A stretch of DNA of 42,573 nt, taken from assembly GCA_963803145.1 (NCBI GenBank), contig CAWDLW010000036.1:1-42573 (forward strand). Direction: 5' to 3'. Under the pieces are notes generated by a model. That model ran no database searches. It was not told the origin of the DNA and saw only the letters and a list, made by a program, of their open reading frames with translations. The DNA is from Methanotrichaceae archaeon (GTDB taxonomy: Archaea > Halobacteriota > Methanosarcinia > Methanotrichales > Methanotrichaceae). The position numbers were made by a program, and so were the translations under genes. Below, piece after piece: positions 31,689 to 40,462 of this stretch (its first letter is position 1; each line of letters opens with the position of its first letter).

Positions 31689-31849
31689 TAAGCTACATGT
31701 ATATAGATATCAATAAATTAAAGTGTGGACTCAAAACTACATGTACCTCATCCTAACCGACGGCCAAAAAAGGGGCCTGGCATGGGCATGGATCTCTTAT
31801 CCTAAAGCACCCTCTGCTCTCTTTACGGTGTCTTTAAATTCAAAGATTT

Positions 31850-31873
31850 TAGATCTTAAATATCATGATACCA
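31850..31873 (+). promoter_or_regulatory. Triple 8-bp box, copy 5 (TAGATCTT AAATATCA TGATACCA)
   Basis: Preceded by TTTAAATTCAAAGATTT; 36 nt upstream of the RHH5 ATG. Confidence 0.62.
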
Positions 31874-31909
31874 TAAGATATATATGCATACAACCTCAAA
31901 TAGAGTATT

Positions 31910-32065
31910 ATGCCTAGAACTACAATAACACTATCCAAAGCGGTGGCCCAAACCCTGAAGGTCTATACTGCACAGTTCAAAAACAGTTTGCATGCTCAAA
32001 GCCAGGTAGTCGAAGAAGCATTAATAGAATTCTTCGAGAAGCGTAGCATCAAAACTAGTGAATAA
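31910..32065 (+). CDS. RHH paralogue 5 (51 aa)
   Basis: MPRTTITLSKAVAQTLKVYTAQFKNSLHAQSQVVEEALIEFFEKRSIKTSE*. Confidence 0.85.
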   Translation: MPRTTITLSKAVAQTLKVYTAQFKNSLHAQSQVVEEALIEFFEKRSIKTSE

Positions 32066-32146
32066 CTCTACAGAGGATCTTGCTCTCAAGGAACTCGATC
32101 ATGAGCTTCTTATCCGGAATCAAAAAGAGACAGGGCAACCAATTAC

Positions 32147-32287
32147 TCAAAACTGGTGCCCGTCTGACGATACGGGTCTAATCTCTGCCTTGATTTTATT
32201 TTCCAGATCAGTCTTAGCACGTACCGCAAAATCGCACCCAGGATATACAAGTTTACACATAAATTCCCTATAACTTTTCTCAGCCAC
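32147..32287 (-). pseudogene. DUF1059-like paralogue with an in-frame internal deletion
   Basis: AEKSYREFMCKLVYPGCDFAVRAKTD|LENKIK, compared with 36215-36493, lacks 23 codons including both His residues. Confidence 0.75.
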
Positions 32288-32948
32288 CTCGAAAGCGGGG
32301 ATTGACTTCAGGATCATGATATTTACGACGTATCGCCCATTGATATGCAAGAATCAGAACGAATAGCCATATCGCGCCGATGATATAGCTACCTAAAACA
32401 TCGCTCGCCCAATGTTCGCCAAGAAATACACGTGACGGTCCGATTAGAACGATCAGCGCACCGCAAATAGCGATAATGATCACACGTTCACGTCCAGCAA
32501 AATATATCCACGCGAGATAGGCAAAGAATCCAAAAAAGACGACAAAAAATAGGACATGCCCGCTTGGATAACTGTATTGGTTGATACTTTGAATGAGTCC
32601 AGTGGCATTCTCAGTTACTGGGAATGGACGGGTTCTACGGACGATTTCCTTCAATGCAAAAGCCAGCAATACGTTGCTGGTTGTCGCAAGCATAAAGATC
32701 GCCTCTAGCCATTGGCGCCGTAATGCAAAGGTCGCCACAGCGATGACGGTCAGCGCCATAGCAATCGGTAGTTCGCCAAGGGCGCTAACCCCTTTCATTA
32801 GACTATCGAACAGCGGACTCGCTTGCTCTTGCAGCTCCTGATAGGACTTCAGGTCGAAGGGCAAGACCGGGAATCTGCTTGCTGCGTACGAGAGTGAGAT
32901 GGCAATTGCAATCATTAGCACAAATGCTAGTGCAATCTTTCTATTCAC
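32280..32948 (-). CDS. PAP2-family membrane phosphatase
   Basis: K....R.RP, YSYPSGH, SRVFLGEHWASDV motifs. Confidence 0.92.
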   Translation of the reverse strand: MNRKIALAFVLMIAIAISLSYAASRFPVLPFDLKSYQELQEQASPLFDSLMKGVSALGELPIAMALTVIAVATFALRRQWLEAIFMLATTSNVLLAFALKEIVRRTRPFPVTENATGLIQSINQYSYPSGHVLFFVVFFGFFAYLAWIYFAGRERVIIIAICGALIVLIGPSRVFLGEHWASDVLGSYIIGAIWLFVLILAYQWAIRRKYHDPEVNPRFRGG

Positions 32949-33284
32949 TGTATTTTCCTTCGTAGGCTCGCACTTATTATTCTTTTGGCTAACCTTTGGC
33001 TGCCAAAAAAGGCTAAGGTGCTGCTGGCGGCATCCGTCGGATTCCCTAGAATAGTGCTTCCAAGACCTGCCATGCTCTATTCCTATGCCCTTATATCGCT
33101 TACTATCGACGCCAAAAACATTAGTTACTGATGAGAAATCCGCATCTGCATCTGGTTGGTAACCAAATCGGAGAGGGAAGCCGAGAAAGCTGAGAACGCC
33201 TCTGGAGTGTTCGGTCTCTCTTCGGTAGGCTGGAAAGACAACTAGCGAATCCTTTAGAGATACAAGCGATGAAGTCGAATGAGT

Positions 33285-35522
33285 TCATGGCAACCTCCAA
33301 GGCCATTTATCTCCTTGACCACAGTTTTCAATTAGGAATACTATCTCGTCCAATCGCCCGGGGACCTCTGGATCTCCAAAGATGCTGTTGGATTTTGCGC
33401 AGATTTCTGATTCTATTTTTGTATTTAGAGAGCTGGGTTCGAAGAGACTGTCTTCGATCTTTGCTACATAATTTTTGCCTGATGACAAGATATCTTCTTT
33501 TTCTAGCTGAGGGTTGTTTAGAGTGCCCCTTGCGTCCTGCAGATAATCCTCCTCGTAATCTTGTTCTCGTGCGACACCAGTCCACGTGCTTGGGTTCTTC
33601 CTCGCCTCGACAGGGTCGGCGGGTAGCCTGGGTGGCCTAGTTTCTACCGCAGCTTTGGTTTTGCCATCGACATTAACAGGCCTTATCTGTTTATCGGCAT
33701 TCCACCAGGGATCAGGTATTAAGTACGAGCTCTGTGTTTTGACTGCGTTCTCAAAGGCATCGAAGAATTGCAATCCCCATCCGCCATTTAGATCGTTGAA
33801 ATTGATCTGGCTTGGCCAGGCAATGTCCGGAAAGAGGACATGCCAAAGCCTGCGATAATGCTTTAAGACTAACTCCTCATCTAAGACAGCACAATCGAGT
33901 TCGGTATCACAGGTGAAGGATCTGCGGTTCAGGTTTGCAGAACCGCATACAAACAGACTGCGATCATACAGCTGAGCTTTCGCATGGCAGTAAATGCCAC
34001 CTGGAATTCGGGACGGGTGCCATAGGTCATATACACCTATGCGCTCGAATTTACCAGAACCTAGCATTAGGCCGGCAGTTAAATCGTTAAGGGCCAGCTT
34101 CCTCGCATGGTGCGTTTCATTTGGATGATCATCGGCATAGGGTGGAAGCACTAAAATAACGCAAAGCCTTTTTTTCTTGTCATTCTTGATCTGGTGGTTA
34201 AGCAGTCTGGCAAGGGGCCTGCTAAAGAAGTATTGATCGAAGATCAAGATCAATTCGTTCGCTGCCTGACATGCATTAGCTATTCCCGCCATTATTGTAA
34301 ACTCCCCTCTTATAAACGGAGGTCTCTTGCGCTCCATACGCAAGGGAATCGTACGCCACATTTGTACCAGAGATGAACCCCCTGGTACAAGATCAACTTC
34401 CTTTGGCTCATCCAATCTCTTTATGTCACCATCCTTAATGGCAGTTTTTGAGCTGAAGATAACCTGATTATTTTTAATGTGTAAACTGCCCCAGAATCCA
34501 GACTCATACACGTTTCCCGCGTCTTGCCATCTTTCACAGAACTGCTCCTCTAGAGTCTTTATGATTGGTCCCTGAAGTCTGAGATGCTGATCGTGCCAGA
34601 TTTGATGATCATCTCCATAGACTTCTTTTGGAAGATCAGGCTCCGGGCGCGAAGGCTCCGATACGCCTCTTAATGCATCATAAATTGTGTCTGAGCTTTT
34701 CGGCCAGCGATGAGTCTTGTCTTGGACATCGAAAACCTGAGGGACGTTCTTCCCTGATTGCCAGTCTCCCCCTAAGAATTGAGGCGGATTAGATTCCATA
34801 AGAACGAGCAGATCGTCTAACGTCGCATTTGGATCATATATGTAGGGATGTGACGCGTCTGGTGTGTCTCTTCTGGTGAAGGCTAGATCTACCCCGCCGC
34901 AATAAGCTACGTTTACATCGCCCACGCGAATTAACATCATCTTTTGGTGGTGGGTAGAAGTTATGGGAGATGCCACCCTCATATCCAGAGCTACTATGCC
35001 GCGATCTTTGGCGCTGGGATCATTCTTGCTCAGCCTTTCGCATTCCTTGCTTACAACTTCGGCTATGTAAACGTGATCGTTCATATGTTGGCCGAGACCT
35101 GCAAATATAGACGCATTTATCGGCAACCACAATAGTATCCTGACATTGATCCCGGCCTGCATTAGACGCAGGATAAATCCAAGTGCGGTCTGATCCTTTT
35201 TTGCGAAATCGCTCTCATTCCATGGGCGATTTTGGATAATCCAAGGATTATCTTCTGACAGATCTCTCAAGGGATTAAGCCGCCAATCCGCGATATATAC
35301 GTGCCCTTTCTTGCCTTGTTTGGCCTGAGCAATTGCCGCTTCTAGGGAGTCCCTCATCGCAGACATGGCCTCATATCCGCCAATCATTGGCATAACCTTG
35401 CAGTTTTCATCCCAAGGCTTGGAATTACCTATCCTCTTGGCCATGTAAGTACCATCTCCCCAGGGACGCCCCTCTCCGTTAGGTGAAAACTTCAGGAACC
35501 ACTTGTTTGGATCAGCTACCAT
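33285..35522 (-). CDS. Phospholipase D-family protein
   Basis: HHQKMMLIR...AYCGGVDL, WHDQH, DQYF, HAKAQLYD...GSANLNRRSFTCDTE. Confidence 0.88.
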   Translation of the reverse strand: MVADPNKWFLKFSPNGEGRPWGDGTYMAKRIGNSKPWDENCKVMPMIGGYEAMSAMRDSLEAAIAQAKQGKKGHVYIADWRLNPLRDLSEDNPWIIQNRPWNESDFAKKDQTALGFILRLMQAGINVRILLWLPINASIFAGLGQHMNDHVYIAEVVSKECERLSKNDPSAKDRGIVALDMRVASPITSTHHQKMMLIRVGDVNVAYCGGVDLAFTRRDTPDASHPYIYDPNATLDDLLVLMESNPPQFLGGDWQSGKNVPQVFDVQDKTHRWPKSSDTIYDALRGVSEPSRPEPDLPKEVYGDDHQIWHDQHLRLQGPIIKTLEEQFCERWQDAGNVYESGFWGSLHIKNNQVIFSSKTAIKDGDIKRLDEPKEVDLVPGGSSLVQMWRTIPLRMERKRPPFIRGEFTIMAGIANACQAANELILIFDQYFFSRPLARLLNHQIKNDKKKRLCVILVLPPYADDHPNETHHARKLALNDLTAGLMLGSGKFERIGVYDLWHPSRIPGGIYCHAKAQLYDRSLFVCGSANLNRRSFTCDTELDCAVLDEELVLKHYRRLWHVLFPDIAWPSQINFNDLNGGWGLQFFDAFENAVKTQSSYLIPDPWWNADKQIRPVNVDGKTKAAVETRPPRLPADPVEARKNPSTWTGVAREQDYEEDYLQDARGTLNNPQLEKEDILSSGKNYVAKIEDSLFEPSSLNTKIESEICAKSNSIFGDPEVPGRLDEIVFLIENCGQGDKWPWRLP

Positions 35523-36214
35523 AACTTACCACAGCCTTTTTTACTCTGATGAAAGGTAAATGTTATTAGACTTAGAATGATATCTTAGCCCCAATATAGG
35601 TGTTTGCGCCATTTCTAATAGCACCATCCGCTCAGGCATTGACATATGATCAAACCTAAAAGCCAACTATATAATTGCATTACTCCTTTATCTTAACATT
35701 GTGTAATGAACTTGAGAAATGCGCCTGTTTGTAAAATTTTTTGGGAATTTTCTGCTTGATTAGGCAAAAGAAAGTCGTTTCTTTCGATAGCTACACGTTC
35801 AGCATTTCCATGACTGAAAAATAATGGCCTCATTAAAGCAGAGAAGTTGGACTAACAACCGGCATCATCATCCCCAGCCCCCGTGCGAGCATCATCTTCG
35901 CAGGCCATAACTTCGTAAGGCATGTTAACTTGCAGGCTTTTGCCATATCGAGACATATGTCAGTGAACTATCCGAAATAAAATCACCCATTGAAATAGGA
36001 ATATTTTCCAAGTTTTAGATGATAAGAGAACGCTCAGAGTTGGTTCAACCGCTGTTCTGAAGGCAAATGGCCAGGTTGCCATACTTCTTAGGTCAAGAAG
36101 CTCGGATGGTGCTGGTCAGTGAAGATCGATCGCCTGGTTTTCTGGCAAAAAGGATAAAACCAGCCTGAAATACCCCAAGCCTTTTGTTCCTCTAAAAAAG
36201 TGGTTATCAAGCCT

Positions 36215-36493
36215 CTACTTCTTCCCAGATGAGCTTGTGTAGCAGGTGTCCAGAAGAGAACTCTTCCTTGCTACCCTCGGGTCAGCAGGTCTAATCGGTT
36301 CTACAGAGACGGGTTTAATGTTTTCCCTGATTTTCTTTTCCAGATCAGGAGATATCTCCTTCACGCCATGAGCCATTTCCTGATGCATACGTGCAAGCTC
36401 AATGACTTCATCATCAGTCTTAGCACGTACCGCAAAATCACACCCAGGATATACAAGCTGACACATAAATTCCCTATAACTTTCCTCGGCCAT
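36215..36493 (-). CDS. DUF1059-like small metal-binding protein
   Basis: FMCQLVYPGCDFAVRAKTDDEVIELARMHQEMAHG (C..C..H..H). Confidence 0.85.
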   Translation of the reverse strand: MAEESYREFMCQLVYPGCDFAVRAKTDDEVIELARMHQEMAHGVKEISPDLEKKIRENIKPVSVEPIRPADPRVARKSSLLDTCYTSSSGKK

Positions 36494-36728
36494 AGATATG
36501 GTTCTTCACTTCAAGGTTAAATACATTGCCGAAAAATATTACAGTTGCACTAATAGCAGTTGCATTGAACTAGTAAAAAATATTTGCGCAAATCAAATCC
36601 GCTCGCGGCTTTTCTGTGCTTCTTTTGACGCAAGATATGTACGGAACCTCCTTCTTGCCAGTGACAATTTTTCGCGAGGCACTCGGTCATGATAATGAAT
36701 GCAATTTTATAAAATTATTGGGGCGGAT

Positions 36729-37058
36729 CTATCTCTCGACCCACTCAAATCCCGGATCTTTGATCTTATTGAAGTTCTTGATGAGATCTGCTGCGTCTTT
36801 CCTGTTCAGCCTAGCATCCATCACCTTCTCGCACACACAACGCAGCGCCTCTTTTTCCTTCTTTAGGGCATCACTGTCTCCGGGTTTAGAAACAAGTCCA
36901 GACCTCTCGAAAAGGTGCTCCTTCTCGTCCATATGTGTGGTCATCCCCCATTTGCTGAACATCTCGGAAGCATTATCCAAAAGATGTTGATCAAAGCTCT
37001 CAGGAAGCCTGCAACCTTCGATCAGCTGCACAAATTCTTCTTTCTTCAAAATGATCAC
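36729..37058 (-). CDS. Hypothetical protein
   Basis: 109-aa ORF (GTG start), co-oriented with its neighbours. Confidence 0.6.
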   Translation of the reverse strand: MIILKKEEFVQLIEGCRLPESFDQHLLDNASEMFSKWGMTTHMDEKEHLFERSGLVSKPGDSDALKKEKEALRCVCEKVMDARLNRKDAADLIKNFNKIKDPGFEWVER

Positions 37059-37312
37059 CTCAATTTATCAATTTATCTAATGAATTTGGGTCTTTTTCAC
37101 CGCATTAGCTATCTTATTTGCGTTTTGGGGCCGGAAGCTAAAAGATCAGATTATTTTCCATTGATGCGGCAGTGCATCGTTCTCGCCAGGACCAAGATGA
37201 TGGGTACAATCATTCCCAGCATGAACAACATTTTTATAAGCTTTTTTACCATAATTCTTCCCGCCTTAACCGGTTATTGTCTGCATCTCAGGATAAAAAC
37301 TTAAGATGGTTC

Positions 37313-37594
37313 CTAGCGTCTTCTCCTCAGAACTATGAAGGCCACTACCAGGAGCCCGGCTACAGCAAGGGTTGGCTCGAAGCCAGGTGTCGTGCTAGTT
37401 GTAGTTGTTGATTTTGTCGTACTTGTAGGCTCGGTGGAAGGAGGCGTCTGAGTCTCAGTTGTGGTTGATTTAGTAACATCGAGGCCAGGAGTCGTGCTAG
37501 TCGAAGTGGTTGTCGATTTAGTTACATCATCTGCTGTGCCTAGAGCCAGCAGCATCATTGTGAGAATAAGCATGGCCACTAATATCTTTTTCAT
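37313..37594 (-). CDS. Small Thr-rich surface protein with a PGF-CTERM sorting signal
   Basis: Signal peptide, DVTKSTTT repeats, TPGFEPTLAVAGLLVVAFIVLRRRR; AGGAGG RBS. Confidence 0.9.
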   Translation of the reverse strand: MKKILVAMLILTMMLLALGTADDVTKSTTTSTSTTPGLDVTKSTTTETQTPPSTEPTSTTKSTTTTSTTPGFEPTLAVAGLLVVAFIVLRRRR

Positions 37595-37688
37595 TTCAAA
37601 CCTCCTTTTCTCATGTGATCGCTATGATTCACATCTGTTGCCCCTAAGCATTATCCATAATGTGTTTAGGGGCAAATAATATGCAATC

Positions 37689-37880
37689 CTAAACTCCAAG
37701 CTGTAATAACATGAAGTGGAATGAGCCTCCCAATATTAGCGATAATACCGCCAGAATGATGAATACTATTACCAGCCATTTGGCGATTTCCATCGATATG
37801 CCGGCACCACGTACTCCCAACACTCCAAGTATCAGAGCTATTACAAAGAACACTATCGCCAAATAGAGCAAGTCCGCCAT
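37689..37880 (-). CDS. DUF1328 (UPF0391)-like small membrane protein
   Basis: [44 protein letters not shown]. Confidence 0.85.
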   Translation of the reverse strand: MADLLYLAIVFFVIALILGVLGVRGAGISMEIAKWLVIVFIILAVLSLILGGSFHFMLLQLGV

Positions 37881-37926
37881 TTCTGTTCACTCCAAAATAT
37901 TGATGATTTATTATACTCACCATTGT

Positions 37927-38220
37927 CTATTTCTGTGCATCGGCGATCTTTTTTCCTATGTCAGCTTTCGCCTTTCCAGCATCAGCTTTTGCATGTGCCA
38001 TCTTATTCTCGACATCAGCCTTCGCCTTCTCAGCATCGGCCTTTATGTCGGCTTTTGCATAAGCCGCCTTCTTTACTAGCTCATCACCATGTCCAAATTT
38101 AGCCTTCGCTTTCTCCACATCAGCATTTACATCAGCTTTTGCATGTGCCATCTTGTTCCCTATATCAGACATTGTTTTCTTAGTATCAGCTTTCGCCTTC
38201 GCTACATTTTCATTTCTCAT
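37927..38220 (-). CDS. Ala/Lys-rich repetitive (LEA/hydrophilin-like) protein, paralogue B
   Basis: AAGGAGG RBS; MSDIGNKMAHAKAD and KAKAD repeats; divergent from RHH6. Confidence 0.85.
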   Translation of the reverse strand: MRNENVAKAKADTKKTMSDIGNKMAHAKADVNADVEKAKAKFGHGDELVKKAAYAKADIKADAEKAKADVENKMAHAKADAGKAKADIGKKIADAQK

Positions 38221-38280
38221 TTTTTGAATCCTCCTTTTATGAATCTAAATCTGATAGGATGCCATTGAATAAGAAGCTTT

Positions 38281-38304
38281 TGCTATCAAAGTACCAAGGT
38301 ACCG
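38281..38304 (+). promoter_or_regulatory. Triple 8-bp box, copy 6 (TGCTATCA AAGTACCA AGGTACCG)
   Basis: 37 nt upstream of the RHH6 ATG; the downstream ACTTAAAGCTTAATAATCAAT is shared with copy 1. Confidence 0.72.
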
Positions 38305-38341
38305 TGACATGTATAGACTTAAAGCTTAATAATCAATATTT

Positions 38342-38683
38342 ATGCCCAAGACCACATTGACACTATCTGAACCCGTGGCAAAAGCCCTGAAGGTTTATAC
38401 CGCACAAACCAAAAGCGGCATGTACGCTCAAAGCCAGGTGGTCGAAGAGGCCCTGAGAGAGTTCTTCGAGAGGCATGATGTTAAAAATCGAAGGAAAACT
38501 CCCTTCAGCCAGGGAGACCGTCGATCCAAGGGCATTTTAAAAATTAATTTTCTTGGACTTATGAAAATAACACTTGCTTCATTTCAATTTCGCGTTGATC
38601 TTCTGAACGTTCTTGTCACAATACTCTTCAATAGCTCAAGTATTTCCCACATGGGATTTTCTCCGGGGTTAAAATCGGCCTAG
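38342..38683 (+). CDS. RHH paralogue 6, with a frameshift-derived C-terminal extension
   Basis: MPKTTLTLSEPVAKALKVYTAQTKSGMYAQSQVVEEALREFFERHDVK. GTTAAAAATCGAAGGA has one more A than GTTAAAATCGAAGGATAA of copy 1. Confidence 0.8.
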   Translation: MPKTTLTLSEPVAKALKVYTAQTKSGMYAQSQVVEEALREFFERHDVKNRRKTPFSQGDRRSKGILKINFLGLMKITLASFQFRVDLLNVLVTILFNSSSISHMGFSPGLKSA

Positions 38684-39082
38684 CTAGGTTTCCATGGTCC
38701 TTTTTAATTAATGTCTTTCATAGAGATATAAGCATTAATAATAATAGTCATAGTCCTGAAATGGACAACATATAAATGATTCGGGCAGATCCTAATGAAT
38801 AAAAAGAGGAGTGAAAATTTTGTTTAACAAATACCTATCGATTATACCCCGCAAGTATATACAACCTGCTGATATGAGAAGATACCGCACTGCTCTATCT
38901 ACTTGAGTCCATGATTCAACAATCTTCATCTAATACCCTCCTCGCCCGGAGTATATGCTTCAAAACATTAATGGGATGGCCAGTCAGGACAAAAACAACT
39001 GGCAAAAGTCTTTTAATTCCTTGACTGATTCTGTGCCGCCATCCACTAACTCTTAGTACGATATCTTTAAATAAAAAGCTTT

Positions 39083-39106
39083 TGGTATCCAAACCTTTTG
39101 GTACCA
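39083..39106 (+). promoter_or_regulatory. Orphan triple box B (TGGTATCC AAACCTTT TGGTACCA)
   Basis: Preceded by an exact TTTAAATAAAAAGCTTT; no RHH gene follows. Confidence 0.62.
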
Positions 39107-39231
39107 TGACTATCTATACAGAGTCCAATAAATTCTAGAATATTACTATTATCATTCCATGTTGACAGATATAATCCTGCCTGGTTTCACTCAATACGAA
39201 GGCTAATAAGGGTTGAGTCACAATATCTATC

Positions 39232-39408
39232 ATGGAAAAATATTTAGATAACTTATGGCTTGTTGGCCTCATTGCCCTCCTGACTGGAATGCTGCTATCT
39301 CCAGGAGATCATGCATGGATAGGATTCATCGCTTTTATGATAGCTGCGCTGATATCCCTGACAGTCATAATCCGAGCGGTTGTGAAGGTACCCAATATAG
39401 CAACCTAA
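39232..39408 (+). CDS. Small two-TM membrane protein (58 aa)
   Basis: MEKYLDNLWLVGLIALLTGMLLSPGDHAWIGFIAFMIAALISLTVIIRAVVKVPNIAT*. Confidence 0.6.
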   Translation: MEKYLDNLWLVGLIALLTGMLLSPGDHAWIGFIAFMIAALISLTVIIRAVVKVPNIAT

Positions 39409-39613
39409 TTGCTAACGCCACAGTCTCCTTCGGCTGAAATTACCTGAAGCTTAGGAAAGACATGGCAATTGCAGCCTTTGCTGCAGACACGCTCATCTTT
39501 GGAGCTAATCCTATCGTGGTGATTTAGCTAGCCGCACTTATAGGGCTCGCAGCTTACAGGGATCAACCAATCAAGCCAAAATCAGTTTACCTAAGCGAGA
39601 CACCTAAAGCTTT

Positions 39614-39637
39614 TAGTATATAGATTCCCGAATATCA
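39614..39637 (+). promoter_or_regulatory. Triple 8-bp box, copy 7 (degenerate: TAGTATAT AGATTCCC GAATATCA)
   Basis: Preceded by AAAGCTTT; 39 nt upstream of the RHH7 ATG. Confidence 0.5.
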
Positions 39638-39676
39638 TAAAGTATATGAACACAAAGACTACTATATTATAGCGCA

Positions 39677-39832
39677 ATGTCCAAAACCACATTGACGCTG
39701 TCCGAACCGGTAGCCAAGACTCTTAAGGTTTACACCGCACAAACCAAAAGCAGTATGCGTGCTCAAAGTCAAGTAGTCGAAGAAGCATTGAGAGAATTCT
39801 TCGAGAAACGCGGCATAAAAATAGAGGCATAA
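39677..39832 (+). CDS. RHH paralogue 7 (51 aa)
   Basis: MSKTTLTLSEPVAKTLKVYTAQTKSSMRAQSQVVEEALREFFEKRGIKIEA*. Confidence 0.87.
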   Translation: MSKTTLTLSEPVAKTLKVYTAQTKSSMRAQSQVVEEALREFFEKRGIKIEA

Positions 39833-39920
39833 CGTTATTTAACCTTCGGCGTTCACATCCACACAATATTAATATGAAGCCTGAAATCCAATAGAATTAA
39901 ATAGAGAATGAGGAGGATAA

Positions 39921-40115
39921 ATGAAGCTCTTTAAAGCAACATATATATTGCCCCACACTGTCATAAGTGAAGGACAGGCACTGACACATTATATAGTAGC
40001 TCCAGATATTCAGACAGCACTAAAGCTGGCCGAAGAAAATAAGGGAGATTTAGATCTGGTAAGACTGGAGCTTGTAGAAAAAGATGTGATCCAAGCAGCC
40101 GATGAGCAGGCATAA
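39921..40115 (+). CDS. Small hypothetical protein
   Basis: GAGGAGG RBS; 64 aa. Confidence 0.65.
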   Translation: MKLFKATYILPHTVISEGQALTHYIVAPDIQTALKLAEENKGDLDLVRLELVEKDVIQAADEQA

Positions 40116-40198
40116 GCTTTGCTCATTGCTGATCTTATATCAATTAAAAGTCCAGAAAATGGGTTAAAGGCCGGGTTGAGGAGATGCAATTTCCTTTG

Positions 40199-40462
40199 TC
40201 AATACCCATCTCTCTCTTCAGCCCCATACAGTACACCGACTTTCGAGTGGTCGCCAAAACCAAGCAGCAATGCACGCACAACTGGTGGTATAGGTGCCAG
40301 CGTATCATATAACTGCATAAACACACCGCTCCGCGGTGTATTATGTGTTTCAATATCGGTATTTACCTGTTTGATTTTCGTTTTCAGATCCCTTAATGCA
40401 ATTACGAAGGGACTATTCTCGTAGTATTTTTTAACTCTAAACTTCATAATCATGGATTCCAT
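40199..40462 (-). CDS. Hypothetical protein
   Basis: GAGGT RBS before the ATG; 87 aa. Confidence 0.4.
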   Translation of the reverse strand: MESMIMKFRVKKYYENSPFVIALRDLKTKIKQVNTDIETHNTPRSGVFMQLYDTLAPIPPVVRALLLGFGDHSKVGVLYGAEERDGY

